From positions 259,966,001-260,030,000 of the forward strand of contig NC_091471.1 of the NCBI RefSeq assembly GCF_036971445.1: a stretch of 64,000 bases of DNA, in the 5' to 3' direction. The position numbers were made by a program, and so were the translations under genes. Source of the stretch: Narcine bancroftii (lineage: Eukaryota). This document shows positions 63,755-64,000 of this stretch, piece by piece. The stretch's first letter is position 1; each line of letters begins with the position of its first letter. The notes under the pieces are model-generated. The model saw nothing but the letters and a program-made list of their open reading frames with translations. It did no database searches and had not been told where the DNA came from.

Positions 63755-64000
63755 ATATATATGAAAAATAATAGGCATTTTGGTAATGAATTACAGGGTG
63801 GAATTGAAGTTTTTGAGAAATTCGTATATAAAATAATAAATACACAGAAGTTACAAATTTTTTAGCTCATCAAAAGGTTCACTGGTTGTGAATCTAAAAT
63901 AATAGATACCCACGAATTCGTTTCAAGGTGGAAATTAATCGTGAGCTAGCCAAAGAGTAACAATACCTGTCAGTAGATTAAAGGAGGAGAGATTATATTA

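Overview
Eukaryotic genomic DNA, inferred to be from a cartilaginous fish (HE1/V-SINE-type SINEs, CR1, Rex1/Babar-like, Penelope-like and RTE LINEs). It is not prokaryotic. Two intron-containing genes lie in tandem on the minus strand. (1) A complete UBE2R2/CDC34-family E2 ubiquitin-conjugating enzyme gene: 5 coding exons, 62375->47723, 237 aa, with a CpG-rich, multi-CCAAT promoter. (2) The 5' part of SIN3B: 9 coding exons covering PAH1-PAH3 and the start of the HID region, 20612/20540->865, continuing off the left edge, with a probable first exon and CpG promoter at ~37.5 kb. The rest is mostly transposon debris. Notable structure includes a ~4 kb strand-skewed G-rich repeat complex just inside SIN3B intron 1, Penelope-derived palindromes carrying hammerhead-ribozyme-like motifs, a three-level nested transposon whose empty site is visible elsewhere in the window, an L1 insertion with a locally templated 5' junction, several ultra-short TSD-flanked retro-insertions and young RTE copies. 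I found no convincing new protein-coding system; the long repeat ORFs look like artefacts. All calls come from reading the sequence and from recalled family knowledge. No database searches were run, and repeat boundaries are approximate.
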